Shown: piece by piece, positions 1-13,012 of the stretch
How the letters are laid out: each line of letters starts with the position of its first letter
How positions within the stretch are numbered: the stretch's first letter is position 1
NCBI GenBank assembly: GCA_964016885.1
Contig: OZ024741.1
Coordinates: forward strand, 342,054,001-342,118,000
Reading direction: 5' to 3'
From: Eledone cirrhosa
Taxonomy: Eukaryota
DNA: 64,000 bases
Notes under the pieces: generated by a model
Seen by the model: only the letters and a program-made list of their open reading frames with translations
Databases searched by the model: none
What the model was told of the DNA's origin: nothing
Position numbers and translations under genes: made by a program

Positions 1-700
1 TATAATACTTACAGCATTTCTCATTATTAAATTAAGTGGATGTGCATAATAGTGAATGAAATATGCATTACTATAAACTGCTTTTATTTTTGCTTGAACT
101 CCTGTTTCTTTGCCTTTCATGACATTTGCACCATCAAATGTCTGAGCTATCAGTTTTTGTCCATTTCCTTGAAGGATTAAGTCTACTTGTTCTAGAATAT
201 GCTTTGATATGTCATCTGCCGTTTGATTTTCTGGAATAAAGTATCCCCAAAAATGCACAAATATTTCTTCATTTAACATGTACCATAGAATAATGACCAT
301 TTGAGTGTGTTCCGAAACATCTGTTGTGTCATCAGACGGCTACAAAAGAAGCTTCTCTAATTTCTGTCCTTACCTCCTCATGGTATAATTGTAGCAGGCA
401 GTTAAGTATCTCATTCTGAATTTTCTTAAAAACACGTTTGAAGACCTTACTGGTTTCTAAGTGATTCTTCAAATATGGATCTAATTTAGATGCAAAATGT
501 ATTAATCTTCTAAATACCCCTATATTTACTGAATCATCTTTTTCATCATGTCCACGTAAAGGAGTTTCAAAGTTTCCACAAAATAAAATGCAGTCTATTA
601 TTTTGGATAAAATTTAACGGTTCTTTTTAACCTCCATGTTATGCTCGTTGATTAAAAGCCTGTATTCCTCACTAAGTTTCTCCTTAATATATACATGATC
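1..700 (-). pseudogene. hAT-superfamily (ZMYM1/DUF4371-like) transposase relic, continues past the window start
   Basis: Manual minus-strand translation gives ...IIDCILFCGNFETPLRGHDEKDDSVNIGVF...IQNEILNCL...DDTTDVSEHTQM...LIAQTFDGANVMKG...AYFIHYYAHPLNL. These match the hAT LRGHDE, DETTD, QxYDGA and HCxAHxLNL motifs. Stops and frameshifts are present. Confidence 0.8.
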
Positions 701-1059
701 CGCCACTGCTCTCAGGTCTTGAATAATTGCACCACCCCGCCCCCGCTTATTAAATTTTACTAATCTATCTCCGGCAAAATTTTGCTGTAAGTGATTCATA
801 TTGATACAGCAGCTCGAGAATCTAATAATAATTTTATTTTACATTAGAAAAAACATTATATATGACAAAAAAAAAAGAACATTACAAGAAATCCCATATT
901 TACAAACGTACACTATACAATTACTGATTCCACCAACGCTTATTCCAACCCCCTCCCCACGTTTATAAGAATTTAAGCAAATGTCCACACACACACTCTT
1001 ATTCCACCACCCAAAGTCTCCATAGGAGGATGAGGTCGATATACTAATTGATGAATATT

Positions 1060-1407
1060 ATTTACGTCCCTTTACAGTCTGAGTTCAAATCCCGCCGAGG
1101 TTAACTTTGCCTTTCATCCTTACGGGGTCGATAAAATAAAGTACCAGTAATGTACTGGGTAATTGCTGGCCTTGTGCCTAAAGTAGAAACAATTATTTTC
1201 TATTTCCAAATGATGGCAGTGGATTGGCAGTATCGGTAGAGGGTCGGACGCCATGTTTTGCAGCAAAGAGTTACGGCCCTTTATGGTCTGAGTTCAAATC
1301 CCGCCGAGGTTTACTTTGCCTTTCATCCTTACGGGGTCGATAAAATAAGGTACCAGTAATACACTGAGATAATTGCTGGCCTTGTGCCAAAAGTAGAAAC
1401 AATTATT
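1060..1407 (+). mobile_element. Two adjacent copies of tRNA-derived SINE family A (first copy partial/divergent at its 5' end)
   Basis: Both carry GAGTTCAAATCCCGCCGAGG (B-box-like) and the body CTTTGCCTTTCATCCTTACGGGGTCGATAAAATAAAGTACCAG...GTAGAAACAATTATT. The second copy (~1215-1407) is flanked by duplicated AATTATTTTCTATTTCCAAA. Confidence 0.8.
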
Positions 1408-2339
1408 TTCTATTTCCAAAGAACCCCTCTGGTGGAGGAATGTCTTCCAATATTGGTTGTCTTAAATTATTGAGATAATTTCTACTTGAGGCACAAGGCC
1501 AACAATTTGAAGGGGATGCGAAAGTCGATTAAATCGACCCCAGTAATAATAATGAAAATTAGCCATTAAACCTTAAAAAGACGCAACATCGCTATAGCGT
1601 TTCACCAGCCCCTTCCTTCTGTTGTCTGTATCTGTTTATGGATTTACATGTAGATGTGTGTGTGTGTAACTAAAGCGTAACGTACGTTATGAATGGACGA
1701 TTAAATGATTTTTACTTGTTTTTTAACAATTGATGATGGAAAAGATTTCAAATTGTCCTAACTCATAGTGCCTGACACTCTTACCGGCTACATAGCCTCT
1801 TCCAAAATTATTGTGTACAGTGCTCAATGTGCACTGCAACATGTTTGTGTTTATGTCATATAACTTTGAGGTTCGATAAAAAAAAAAAATGTTTAAAGCG
1901 ATCGTTAAAATAAGTACTAGACTTTAAAAAAGCACGTACTGTAGTCAATAGGATATATTTATATAAAAGAATAAAAAGACATGTTGAATCTTTGTAACAA
2001 CAACAATAGGGCAAAACGAAGCCAAGATGTCTGACTAGCAGAAAACAATTGAAAGACGAACAGTTTCCTTTCACCTGTCATTTTTATTATTTCCTAACAG
2101 GTAAACCTTATTAGAATCAATGAGAATTGTTCTTAAGAAGAAATTATTTTTATTTATTGGTTTAACGATGGCATTATATTTCAGTTTTGCCATTAATTGG
2201 TAACAAGCTACTTGTCTGTTTTTTAAGGGGTGGCGGTTGTTTGTTTTTTTCCGTTAAATGTTATCTCCGAAAGGAATTTCTATCACTTCTGATCTCAGAT
2301 AGCTCTCTTTCTCTTCTTTCAGCCCTCTCCCTCGGCTAA

Positions 2340-2720
2340 TGTTGACCGTGATGGTGGTGGTGGTATTATTGGTGATAGTGGCGGCGGTGGTGTTGACGGA
2401 GATGGTTGTGGTAGTGGTGGTGGCAGTGACGATGGTGACGTCGGTAATAATGGTGGTGGTGGTGATGGTGGTGATGGTGATGGTGGTGATGGTGATGATG
2501 ATGATGGTGGTGGCAGTGGTGCAGCTGCTGCTGTTGCTGCCGCTGCTGCTGGTGATGAAGATGATGGTGGTTGTGGTTGGGAGATGAGAGATGATGATAG
2601 GAAGATGAGAGAGATGATGATGATGGCAGTGATTTTGACAGTGATGGTGATGAAGAGCATTGTGATGGGGATGGTGATGTTGATGATGATGGTCATGGTC
2701 ATGGTTGCGATGATTTGGGG
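2340..2720. repeat. Degenerate (GGT/GAT)n trinucleotide low-complexity tract
   Basis: Seen directly. The V/M- and P/S-rich ORFs here are artefacts of the repeat. Confidence 0.85.
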
Positions 2721-2732
2721 GGGGGGGGTAAT

Positions 2733-2915
2733 GATAATTGTTTCTACTTTTGGCACAAGGCCAGCAATTACCCAGTGTATTACTGGTACTTTATTTTTAT
2801 CGACCCTGTAAGGATGAAAGGCAAAGTTAACCTCGGCGGGATTTGAACTCAGAATGGCAAGGGCCGTAACTCTATACGTCAAAGCATGGTGTCCGACCCT
2901 CTACTGATACTGCCA
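2733..2915 (-). mobile_element. SINE family A copy
   Basis: Reverse complement of 1215-1407. Confidence 0.85.
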
Positions 2916-3227
2916 GGGGGAGGTAATGATAATGATGATAGTGATGATGGAGTGATGATGGGGTGATGATGATGATACTAATGCTGGTAGTTGTGGCAGT
3001 GAAGATGATGATGATGCTAGTGGTGATGGTTGAGATGGTGGTGATGGTGATGATGTGGTGGTTGAGATGGTGATGGTAATATTAGTGGTGGTGGTTGAGG
3101 TGGTGATGGTGGTGATGCTAGTGGTGGTGGTTGAGGTGGGGGTGATGGTGATTACTAGTAGAGAAGGTGATGGGGATAATGTCGATGAGGAGGTGACAAA
3201 GATGACAGTGGTGGATGTGGTGAAAGT

Positions 3228-3415
3228 AATAATTGTTTATACTTTTGGCACAAGGCCAGCAATTACCCAGTACATTACTGGTACTTTATTTTATTGACCC
3301 CGTGCGGATGAAAGGCAAAGTTAACCTCGGTGGGATTCAAACTCAGAATGGCAAGGACCGTAACTCTATGCATCAAAGCATGGCGTCCGACCCTCTACCG
3401 ATACTGCCAACCCAC
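3228..3415 (-). mobile_element. SINE family A copy
   Basis: Reverse complement of the family A body. Confidence 0.85.
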
Positions 3416-4451
3416 CACCCTCAGTGAAAGTAATAATGATGATGATGATGAGTAGAAGAATGATAATGTCAGATATAACTACATATATTGTCTTTATTGT
3501 TCCTCTCTGTCATTCTATGTATATCTCTGAATCTCACTTTCCTATTTGTCTTACTTTGAATAATAGAGAGGTTTCTAAATATGGACAAAGCCTAAGCCCA
3601 GGAGCAACAATGACAACACTACATCAATAAACACTGTGTCTTCTTGCCTGAAGAATTTCTTCAGAATCAGGTAGGCAAAGAAGAACTGTGTTTGATACAC
3701 CCTCAAAGAAGCAATTTGAGAAAATCCTTAGGTGATGTGTGGAGCAGCATCTCATCTTTCAACTGCAGCAAAGCCTATCAAACTATCAATAGGCTATTCA
3801 AGACCAGACCCAAGGTGAAATATCAAGCAGAAAAAATATGTGAAACATGTGTTCGTAAACTAATACCTCCATATATTAGGGGTGGTAGAACATCTATTTG
3901 TATATGTGCTACAATTTATATGCATATTATGTTTATCACATATTGAAGTTGTTTTTTATATATATCTTGGTTGATATTTGACAATAACAGCTAAACTAAT
4001 CACTACAACTAAATTGATCAAATCCGCCCCCACCCACCCCTGCCAATCCAGAAATGCTTCCAACACTTCCCTGTATATGGATCAGTGCAACACAAAGGTG
4101 ACAGTCAGAGACATTGGAAGTAATACCAGTAATGTTTTTTTTCTCCCAGCTTAAGGTCAGATACTTTTCAACAGACCTCGTAACTATATACAACATATTT
4201 CTTCAAATATATATCATTTATATATTCATATGTATGTATCCTTATGTATATATGTATGCATGTATGTATGTATATATTTATGTATATATATGTATGCATG
4301 TATGTATGTATGTATGAATGTAGTCACTGGCTGAACTAAAAAGTCACACTCGTTCAGCGCATTGGTAGGGGTTCTCCTACATGGATATAAAGTAGTGGCC
4401 ATACTCGAAAACGAATTGGCAGCCACCATGTATATGTGTATGTATGCATAT

Positions 4452-5872
4452 ATCATCACTGTTTTATGTCAATGTTTCAATGCTAGCATGGGTTAGACAA
4501 GTTGTCCTGTTGTGGGCAATGCCAGGTCAGGAGACCATGTCTTACTCATACAAAACTGATTTTGGCTCGGTTTCTACAGCTGGATGCCCTTCCTAACACC
4601 AACCTCATTTACAGTGAGTACTAGGTGCCTTTTTGCCATGGTGCCTACATGACTTCTTTACAGTGTGGACTGGATGCTTTTTGTCGTGACACCTCCACGA
4701 CCACTTTGCAGTGGGAGGGCGTGGCGGCATATTGTCTATATGCTTCAGCTTTGGCTTGTACCCATGGGAACTTGGGTCTTCTGTATTATTGCGTAATGTC
4801 AGAGGTCTTGGTCCTGTATCATCATCGCTTTTGAGAGGTGCAATTGGGCAAGGTCAGTTTTTATCACCTCATTCCAGGTCTTCTTGGGTCTCCCCACTCC
4901 AAGGCTTCCATTGACTTTTACTCCTCTGCACCTTTTTATGCAACTGTCATACTTCATATGCATCACATTTCCATACCAACACAATATTTGATTCCTCTTA
5001 TGCTTAGTCTCTCTCTTAATTCGTTTATGCTTTACCGTTCGTGTATATTACTATTACACATCCATCGGAGCATGCAAGCTTCGTTTCTTTCTAACCTATG
5101 CAAATCTTCTTCCATCCCATTCTTACCCTGGTTACTGTACTTTCAGAATGCCCCCCCCCCCTCCACTGCTCATTCAGTCACCTAGATAGCAGAAGCTGTC
5201 TACTGTTTCTACAGAGCCTTCCCAGAATTTGGTAGTTTTTGTTTCCCGTGGCTGTTTGCTGCTTACTGTCCCAGTGCAACTGCTACATGTAAAGCCTACA
5301 TTCTTAGCTAGACTTCCTGAGATCCCACTACATCTCTTGTGCACCCATAGTTTTCATTTGGGGTAGAGGATGAAATTTCTACCTACATCTTTCCTGAATA
5401 TTGAGCAAGGCCATTTCCCTGAGGTGATCTGGGTTCTGTTTTCCCATCTACTTACGAGGACCTTAGTCTTTGTCTGAGATCCCTTCCTTCTAGTCCCTGC
5501 ACCTATGTTTGGAATTTCTTCTTTAGTTCCACCATAGATTCAGCTATAAGTGTAAGATCATCTGCGCATAGAAGCTCCCAAGGGCATCCGGTCTTAAACT
5601 CCTCTGTTATAGCCTCCCAGTACTATATAAACAGGAGAGGGCTAAGAACAGAGCCCCGATGGACACCAGCCTGTATGCTGAATTCCTCGCTATGGTCATT
5701 GTTAACCCTAACTTTGCTGACTGCTCCCCTATACATGGTTTGTACAGCCTTTACAAGCCATTCATCTACTCCTAGTTTTCTAAGAGACCACCAGATTATA
5801 GCACGGGGAACTCTGTTCAAGGCTTTTTCTAGATCGACAAATGCCAAGTAGAGTGGCTTGCTTTTAGCTAGG
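4452..5872 (-). mobile_element. Degenerate 5'-truncated RTE-type LINE (RT C-terminal half plus 3' UTR)
   Basis: YLAKSKPLYLAFVDLEKALNRVPR...GVHRGSVLSPLLFI and WYGNVMHMK...GVGRPKKTW. The 3' UTR is shared with other copies (GTTAGGAAGGGCATCCAGCTGTAGAA...CCATGCTAGC...(TGA)n). Confidence 0.85.
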
Positions 5873-6810
5873 TATGTATATATGTATGTATGTATGCGTG
5901 TATGTATGTATATATACGTATGTATGTATGAGTGTATGTATATATGTGCATATGTATGCATGTATGTATGCGTGTATGTGTGCGTGTATGTATGCATGTG
6001 TGTACGTATGTATATATATATATTGTATGTATGTATGTATGTATGTATGTGTATGTATGTATGCATGTGTATGTATGTATGCATGTGTAGGTATGTATGT
6101 ATGTATGTATGCATGTGTATGTATGTATTATGTATGCATATATGTATGCATGTGTGTGTGTGTGTGTATGCATGCGTGTATATATTGTATGTATGTATGT
6201 ATGTATGCTTGCTTATTTATTTGTTTGCTTGCTTGTGTGTATGTATTATGCATGTATGTGGAGAAATTGACATAAAACTGACATGAAAGGATTAGAAAGA
6301 AAGAGAGAAGATAAAAAGAGCAAGAAAGTGAGAAAAATGAGAGACCAGAGGAGACATACACAGAATAAAAGAGACAGATAGAGAGAGTGTGGGGGGGGGG
6401 GTAAAGAGTGGGAGAGAGAGAGAAATAGAGAGAGATATAGAGAGAGAAAGAGAGTGAGGCAGAGAGAGTGAGACAGATAGAGAAAGAGTGACACAGATAG
6501 AGAGAGTGAGATAAAGAGAGAGAGTGAGATAGAGAGAGAAAGAGAGTGAGACAGATAGAGAAGGAGTGAGATAGAGAGAAAGGGTGAGAGAGAGAGATAA
6601 AGAAAAAGACAGAGAGAGAGAGAAAGTGTGAGATAGAGAGAAAGAGTGAGAGAGAGAGAGAAAGTGTGAAACAGAGAGAGAAAGAGTGAGACAAATAGAG
6701 TGAGAGAGAGAGAGAGAGAAAGAGAGTGGGAGGGAGAGAGACAGATAGAGAGAGAAAGAGAGAGTGAGAGGGAGAGAGAGAGAGAGAGAGAGATAGAGTG
6801 ATACAGAGAG
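5872..6810. repeat. Compound microsatellite: (TATG)n followed by a GA-rich tract
   Basis: Seen directly. Confidence 0.9.
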
Positions 6811-7122
6811 ATAAAATACTGATAAAGTATACATACAAAAAATAATAATAAAGTCCTATTTGTTATTCAATATTGATCTAAAATATAGCTTAGAAATTGT
6901 AGTAAATATCCTTCAGCAAGTTTCTCTCTCCATTATTAATTCTTCTATCATAGCAGCAATGTTTTATCCTGAAGAAGGTTCGAGTTGTTATTCTTTCCTC
7001 CTTCCTCTATACCGGCTGTCAAAGACTCAACATATTGCTTTCAAACTGAGAGCCCTATTTACTTTCATATAAATGTCAACTTGTATTTGTTTACCTGCTT
7101 CTAGCTATTTACCTATGTATAC

Positions 7123-7209
<87 letters not shown>

Positions 7210-7219
7210 TGTGTGTGTG

Positions 7220-7259
<40 letters not shown>

Positions 7260-7384
7260 CACAAATATGTATGTGTGTGTGTATAGATATATATGTAAAA
7301 CAATGTTATCTCTGGTTGAGATGAAGCTTCAGATGAAGCGAGAGTGTATTTGATTGAATACATATAAGAAATATTGAATACATC

Positions 7385-7870
7385 TGAGAATACTCATCAC
7401 TAGAACAACCATTAAAACAGCTAAATGCTGTCAAAGACAGCGATGGGTAAAAATGCCTGAGAGGACAGAGACCAGTGGCCAGTGGTCAACTGAGAGACAA
7501 TCCACAAGGAAGGTGACAGGAAGATGAAATATAGAAAAGATTGAACGAAGAAGTACAAAACCATTTTGCTGGTTCGAGAGCTGATGAGGGTGAAGATGTG
7601 TGTGTATGAACTTGTCTTGTACATCACCTTTCTTTATTTCCTTCTTCCAGTCACTTCTGTGTCCAGTGCATTTCTCCTTGTCCTCATCTTCATTCAATCT
7701 TTTCTATATTTCATCTTCCTGTCACCTTCCTTGTGGATTGTCTCTCAGTTGACCACTGGCCACTGGTCTCTGTCCTCTCAGGCATTTTTACCCATCGCTG
7801 TCTTTGACAGCATTTAGCTGTTTTAATGGCTGTTCTAGCAATGAGTTTTCTCATTTTTATATGTATTCAT
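7385..7870. repeat. Long inverted repeat (~165-bp arms ~7385-7551 and ~7687-7852, ~135-bp spacer) beside (TA)n; probable non-autonomous PLE or MITE-like element
   Basis: The arms are near-exact reverse complements; the ORF track gives the same peptide tail on both strands (7421- and 7566+). Confidence 0.8.
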
Positions 7871-7876
7871 ACATGC

Positions 7877-7909
<33 letters not shown>

Positions 7910-7912
7910 TAC

Positions 7913-7953
<41 letters not shown>

Positions 7954-8146
7954 TCAGGTTTGAGGTTCACCACTGTATAGAGCTGGTCTATCCGTATGGT
8001 CAATCGTAATGCAATAATATAGAGAGTACTCAACGTAAAGCAGTTCAACCGTCTTTGTTTTTGTAGTTGGTGGTGCTATTACGGAGTTAAATATTATAAT
8101 GAAATGACAGGAGGCTGGATTTGTGTAAATCTTTGAAAGGTTTATT

Positions 8147-8204
8147 ATACTATGATCATTTCAATGACCGGGTTCCGTATGAATCCGGTGATATCATCAG
8201 GTAT
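8147..8204 (-). ncRNA. Type I hammerhead ribozyme
   Basis: Minus strand reads atac-CTGATGA-t[atcaccggattc atacg gaacccggtcat]t-GAAA-tgatca-TA-gtat. Stem I is atac/gtat and stem III is palindromic. Confidence 0.7.
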
Positions 8205-8365
8205 TCGAAATATAATACGTGAATGTAATAGGTAAAATCCATGGGGCTGAAAATCGGGACCCAGGGCGACCGGCTGAGGTTGAAGGAACAGAATAGCGGT
8301 CGCCCTCGGGTCCCGATTTTCAGCCCCATGGATTTTACCTATTACATTCACGTATTATATTTCGA

Positions 8366-8423
8366 ATACCTGATGATATCACCGGATTCATACGGAACCC
8401 AGTCATTGAAATGATCATAATAT
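8366..8423 (+). ncRNA. Hammerhead ribozyme, mirror copy with weakened stem I
   Basis: atac-CTGATGA...GAAA-tgatca-TA-atat. The first stem I pair is mismatched. Confidence 0.5.
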
Positions 8424-8474
8424 AATAAACCTTTCAAGGATTTACACAAATCCAGCCTCCTGTCATTTCATTAT

Positions 8475-8541
<67 letters not shown>

Positions 8542-8597
8542 CATACATATACTTATATATATATATACATACATTTGACGAAAGTCGATCGACTGTC

Positions 8598-8649
<52 letters not shown>

Positions 8650-8689
8650 CACATTTATATTTATATACATATATATATCTACATATACA

Positions 8690-8994
8690 GAAAACACACA
8701 AACTCATGCGCAAACAGAAGCAACAACAAATAAATAAATAAACAAATAAACAAATAATAGAATAAGTATACATTACAATACAACGGGAGGAAACATAATA
8801 GTATCACTGATGATGTCACAGATGTGTGATGAAAGGACTCTGAGAGACTACATATATATATATTTATATCTATATTTTTAACTGTTAACTATAGGGATAT
8901 AAAATATACAGAAGCGAAAACCAGCCCAAATCAAACAGTGTGTTTTATTATATATTTCTGACGATATTATAACAATATGACCCTCCCCAAATAT

Positions 8995-9000
<6 letters not shown>
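8690..9000 (+). mobile_element. PLE pLTR fragment of the 'GGGAGGGTCAT-end' family
   Basis: Ends ...ATGACCCTCCCCAAATATAACAA-(TA)n, the same terminus as the GIY-YIG PLE at 43600-45040. Carries a hammerhead. Confidence 0.7.
8802..8845 (+). ncRNA. Minimal type I hammerhead ribozyme
   Basis: tatca-CTGATGA-t-gtcaca gatg tgtgat-GAAA-ggac-TC-tgaga. Confidence 0.65.
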
Positions 9001-9040
<40 letters not shown>

Positions 9041-9046
<6 letters not shown>

Positions 9047-9093
9047 ATACTTGGGGAGGGTCATATTGTTATAATATTGTCAGAAATATATAT

Positions 9094-9157
<64 letters not shown>

Positions 9158-9322
9158 ATACTTGGGGAGGGTCATATTGTTATAATATTACCAGAAATAA
9201 TAACAGAACTCACTCACTGTTTGGGTTGGGTTGGTTTTCACTTCTGTATCTTTTATATTGTCATAGTTAATTTATTTGACAATCAATGTCTATCATTGAT
9301 TGACCAACGGTTAAAAATACAG
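9041..9322 (-). mobile_element. PLE pLTR end fragments (two starts, 9041 and 9152) separated by (TA)n
   Basis: TTGTTATACTTGGGGAGGGTCATATTGTTATAATATT occurs twice. Homologous to 43600-43780. Confidence 0.75.
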
Positions 9323-12300
9323 ATCATCATCATCATCATCATCATTTTACGTCCGCTTTTCCCTGCTTGCAAGGGTGGGACGGGTCTTATTCAGCACAGC
9401 ATCTCTCCACTTGTCACGGTCCTTCGTCATCTCCACCGTGAGCTTCAGCTATCTGAGGTCTGTTCTCACCACCTCCATGTTTTTCGTGGTCTACCTCTAC
9501 CACGTCTTCCTTCAACTGGCATTTCCTGGCACTTCTTCACCCATCGGTCATCCTCCATGCGCATCACATGTCCATACCACTTCAGTCTCCGCCTTCGCAC
9601 ACTACAGTCTATCCCTCTCAGACACAGTTTCTCTCTCAACATATTCATGCTGGGTCGTTCACGCACATCGACATTGCACATCCAACGAGCATGCTTGCCT
9701 CATTTCTCTCCAGCCGTCGCATATCCTCTGCAGTAGCTGCCCATGTCTCACTACCATGCAGCATATCGCTCCTCACACAGGTATCATATAACCGGCCTTT
9801 CGTACGCAGGGAGAAACCCTTCTTCGTCAGCAGAGGAAGTAGCTCCCTAAACTTCTTCCAACCCATCCTTATTCTAGATACTATGGCCTTGGAGCACCCC
9901 CCTCCCCTCCCATGCTAATCTGATCTCCTAGGTACCGGAAGCTATCCACTACTTCTATAGCACCCGCCTGCATTTGAAAAATGTGTCTATCAATGCGACT
10001 TCTACTGTCTAATTTCCCCGTACATCTACTGCATGTGTATTTCTCCCTACCTGTTAGTTTACCTGTTATCCCACTACATCATTTGTGTACCCAGGATCTG
10101 CATTGTGTGCATTTTATAGAATTTATGCCAGTTCCTTTTCTGCATATCGAACATGGTCATTTCCCTGACGGAATCATAGTTTTGTCCTCTTTTCTACTCA
10201 TCAACACTTTTGTCTTAGCTAGGTTCACTCTCAGTCCTCTTGCTTCCAACTGCTGTTTCCATAGCCAGAATTTATTCTCTAGCTCCTCTACTGATTCTGC
10301 TATAAGAACCAGATCGTCAGCATAGAGAAGTTCCCATGGACAGCCAGTCTTAAACTTCTCTGTTATGGCTTGGAGGACTATAATGAACAAGAGCGGGCTG
10401 AGGACCGAACCTTGATGTACTCCTACTTGTATCTGGAATTCCACACTAAACTCCATTCCTACCCTCACTTTACTGACAGCACCACTGTACAAAGTTTGCA
10501 CTGTCCTCACAAGCCATTCCTCAACACCTAGTTTCCTTAGGGACCACCAGATGACAGATCGAGGTACCCTATCAAAGGCCTTCTCTAAGTCAACAAAGGC
10601 TAAGTATAGTGGCTTATTTTTCTCTAAGAACGTCTCTTGTAATTGTCTCACCAAGAAGAGGGAATCTGTTGTACTTTTCCCAGGCACAAAACCAAACTGC
10701 ATCTCATCTAGTTTGACCCTTTCTCTAATTAGTTGTGCTAATATCCTTTATACCACTTTCATAACATGATCCATCAGTTTTATACCCCTATAATTGCTCC
10801 TCTCCAGAGCATCCCCTTTACCTTTGTAGCAATTTATGAGAATACTGCTGCACCAGTCTTTGGGTATGACACTGCCATATATAGCCTGATTGATGATGCG
10901 TGCAACCAGTTTAGTGCCTATGTCCCCTGATGCCTTCAGCATCTCAGCAACTATCCCCGACAGTCCAGCGGCCTGACCATTTTTCATTTCCTTAATCGCC
11001 TCTTGGACCCTATATTTGTCAATCTCAATAGCTGGTTCCTCTGTCAGATCTACTGAGGGTAATTTCTCTCTCTCGCATTCGTTCTCCACATTCATCAGAC
11101 ATTTCCAGGCCTCCTTTTTCTGATCATTCGTGACACTAAGTACACCGGCATCATTCCGGACACATTTATCTCCAACAACATCCTGGTTTGCATTGACACA
11201 CTGCCTTGCAATGTGGAACACTGCACGCCTCTGATCTTCCCGTCGCAGAACATTGACAAACCTCCTACTCTCAGCCTAAGTACATCTGACATCTAGTTTC
11301 TCTCTTAGCGGCTGTATATCCTTCTCTACTCCCACCCATTTTCCAAGCCTTCCATGCTAGTCTTTTGTCTCTAATGGCCTTATCTACTGTGCTGTTCCTC
11401 CACCAGGTCACTCTCTGTCTGGTTGGAGCTCTGCTGCAGCCACAAGTTTCATCAGTAGCCTGCAGTAAGTTGTCACATAAGAAATTCCAGTTATTATCTA
11501 TGTCATACGTCTCTAAATCGTCTTCTTTTTCGTCATACACATCTTGAAGGGCTTTCTTAAATTTGTATTTTAGTGAAAGGTCTTTTAGCTTCCAGACCTT
11601 TCTTCTCCACACTTTCCTGTATGTCTCATTCCGTCTCTTGCTTACTGAGATATCACTAACGACTAACCTATGCTGTGGGGTACATTCTTCCCCAGGGTAT
11701 GCCTTGGTATTTGACACTATCTGCCTGTCCCGCTGCCTAACTAGTAAGAAGTCAATATGGCTTATGTGCTTGCCTGATTTGTAGGTTATTAGGTGGTTGG
11801 CAGGTTTCTGGAAGTTAGTGTTGCAAATAGTCAGTGTACTTGCATCACAAAATTCAAAAGGTCTCACTGCTTCTTCATTTCTTGAGCCATAACCATGCCC
11901 ACCATGTACTCCAGTGTAACCATCCTGGAGCTGTCCAACATGACCATTGAAGTCCCCTGCTAGCATAACGATGTCTCTGTTCTCTGTCATTGCGGTTGTT
12001 TGTAAAAGTTGCTCGTAAAAGCAGTCTTTCTCTTTTTTGCCTAGGCCTGCTTGGGGAGCATAGGCAGAGATGATTGTCTGTCATTGCGGTTGTTTGTAAA
12101 AGTTGCTCGTAAAAGCAGTCTTTCTCTTCTTTGCCTAGGCCTGCTTGGGGAGCATAGGCAGAGATGATTGTCTGTAGTCTCCTGCCTACAACTAATCTAA
12201 GCTTAATTATTCGATTACTAACTCGAACTACCTCTATTGTTTTATTCATCCATCTCTCAGTCAGGAAAATACCTACTCCCCCTAACCTATCATCCTTACC

Positions 12301-12437
12301 TACCCAGAAAAGCTTATAGCTAAGATTTTTGCCTTCGACTAGTCTCGCAGAGGCACCTCTCCATCTCACCCCTTGCACGCAGCACACATCCACATGCCTT
12401 CTCTCCAGCATCTCCGCTATTTCACCAGATCTACCTT
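9323..12437 (-). mobile_element. RTE-clade LINE, near full-length APE+RT, frameshifted
   Basis: EN motifs (MLERRHVDVCCVQGVRW, SAYAPQ, AGDFNGHVG, QHRLVV) and RT motifs (QFGF, DLEKAFD, GVHQGSVLSP, YADD). (TGA)n tail at 9323-9345. Internal ~95-bp tandem duplication at ~11983-12175. Confidence 0.92.
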
Positions 12438-12439
12438 GT

Positions 12440-12650
12440 TGCTGTGCTTATAATTGTTTTGGCATTGCTACATCTGTGACATCATCAGTGGTACTATTAT
12501 GTTTCCTCTCATTGTATTGTATAGTTTATGACATTATGGAGATATAAACGATACAGAAGCGAAAACCAACCCAAACCAAACAATGAGAGTGTTCTGTTAT
12601 TATTTCTGGCAATATTATAATAATATGACCTCCCCCCCCAAAAAAAAAAA
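12440..12650 (+). mobile_element. PLE pLTR fragment, inverted partner of 9152-9322
   Basis: AGAAGCGAAAACCAACCCAAACCAAACA...TATAATAATATGACCTCCCCC is the reverse complement of 9160-9250. Confidence 0.7.
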
Positions 12651-13012
12651 AATATATATATAACGAAGGAAATGTGGTAAGGAACCAGATGGACCATAAC
12701 GCACCAAAGTACTCAATACTTAGGGTAGTAGAGTGGGTAATAGAAATGAGTAGGACCCTGACGGTTGAGCTCAAGCCGTTTCGACGGCTAATTCTGGACT
12801 AAATGAACATTTTTCTCCTGGTACATGAATAGCCAAGCTTCTCAGGGGGTAATTCCATATATGGTAAAAGTGATTGTCACAAGGATTGGTCAAAAGTTTG
12901 TTGTTGAGACACATAATTCTATCATGGCATTTTGTGGAAGGAAAGGGTAGTTGAACTTGCCAGTAGAAGAAAGAGAGAGAGGAAGTGGAGGAAACCCATA
13001 TATATATATATA

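Larger units (their letters stand above)
8090..8480. mobile_element. Near-perfect ~390-bp palindrome (inverted PLE pLTR pair) abutting (TA)n
   Basis: 8090-8272 is the reverse complement of 8297-8480. Each arm contains a hammerhead motif. Confidence 0.8.

Noticed and set aside
12765-12850. Minus-strand CTGAGAA...ggcta/tagcc...GAAACGGCTT hammerhead-like motif
   Set aside because: C3-A8 mismatch and no convincing stem I. Possibly a dead copy.
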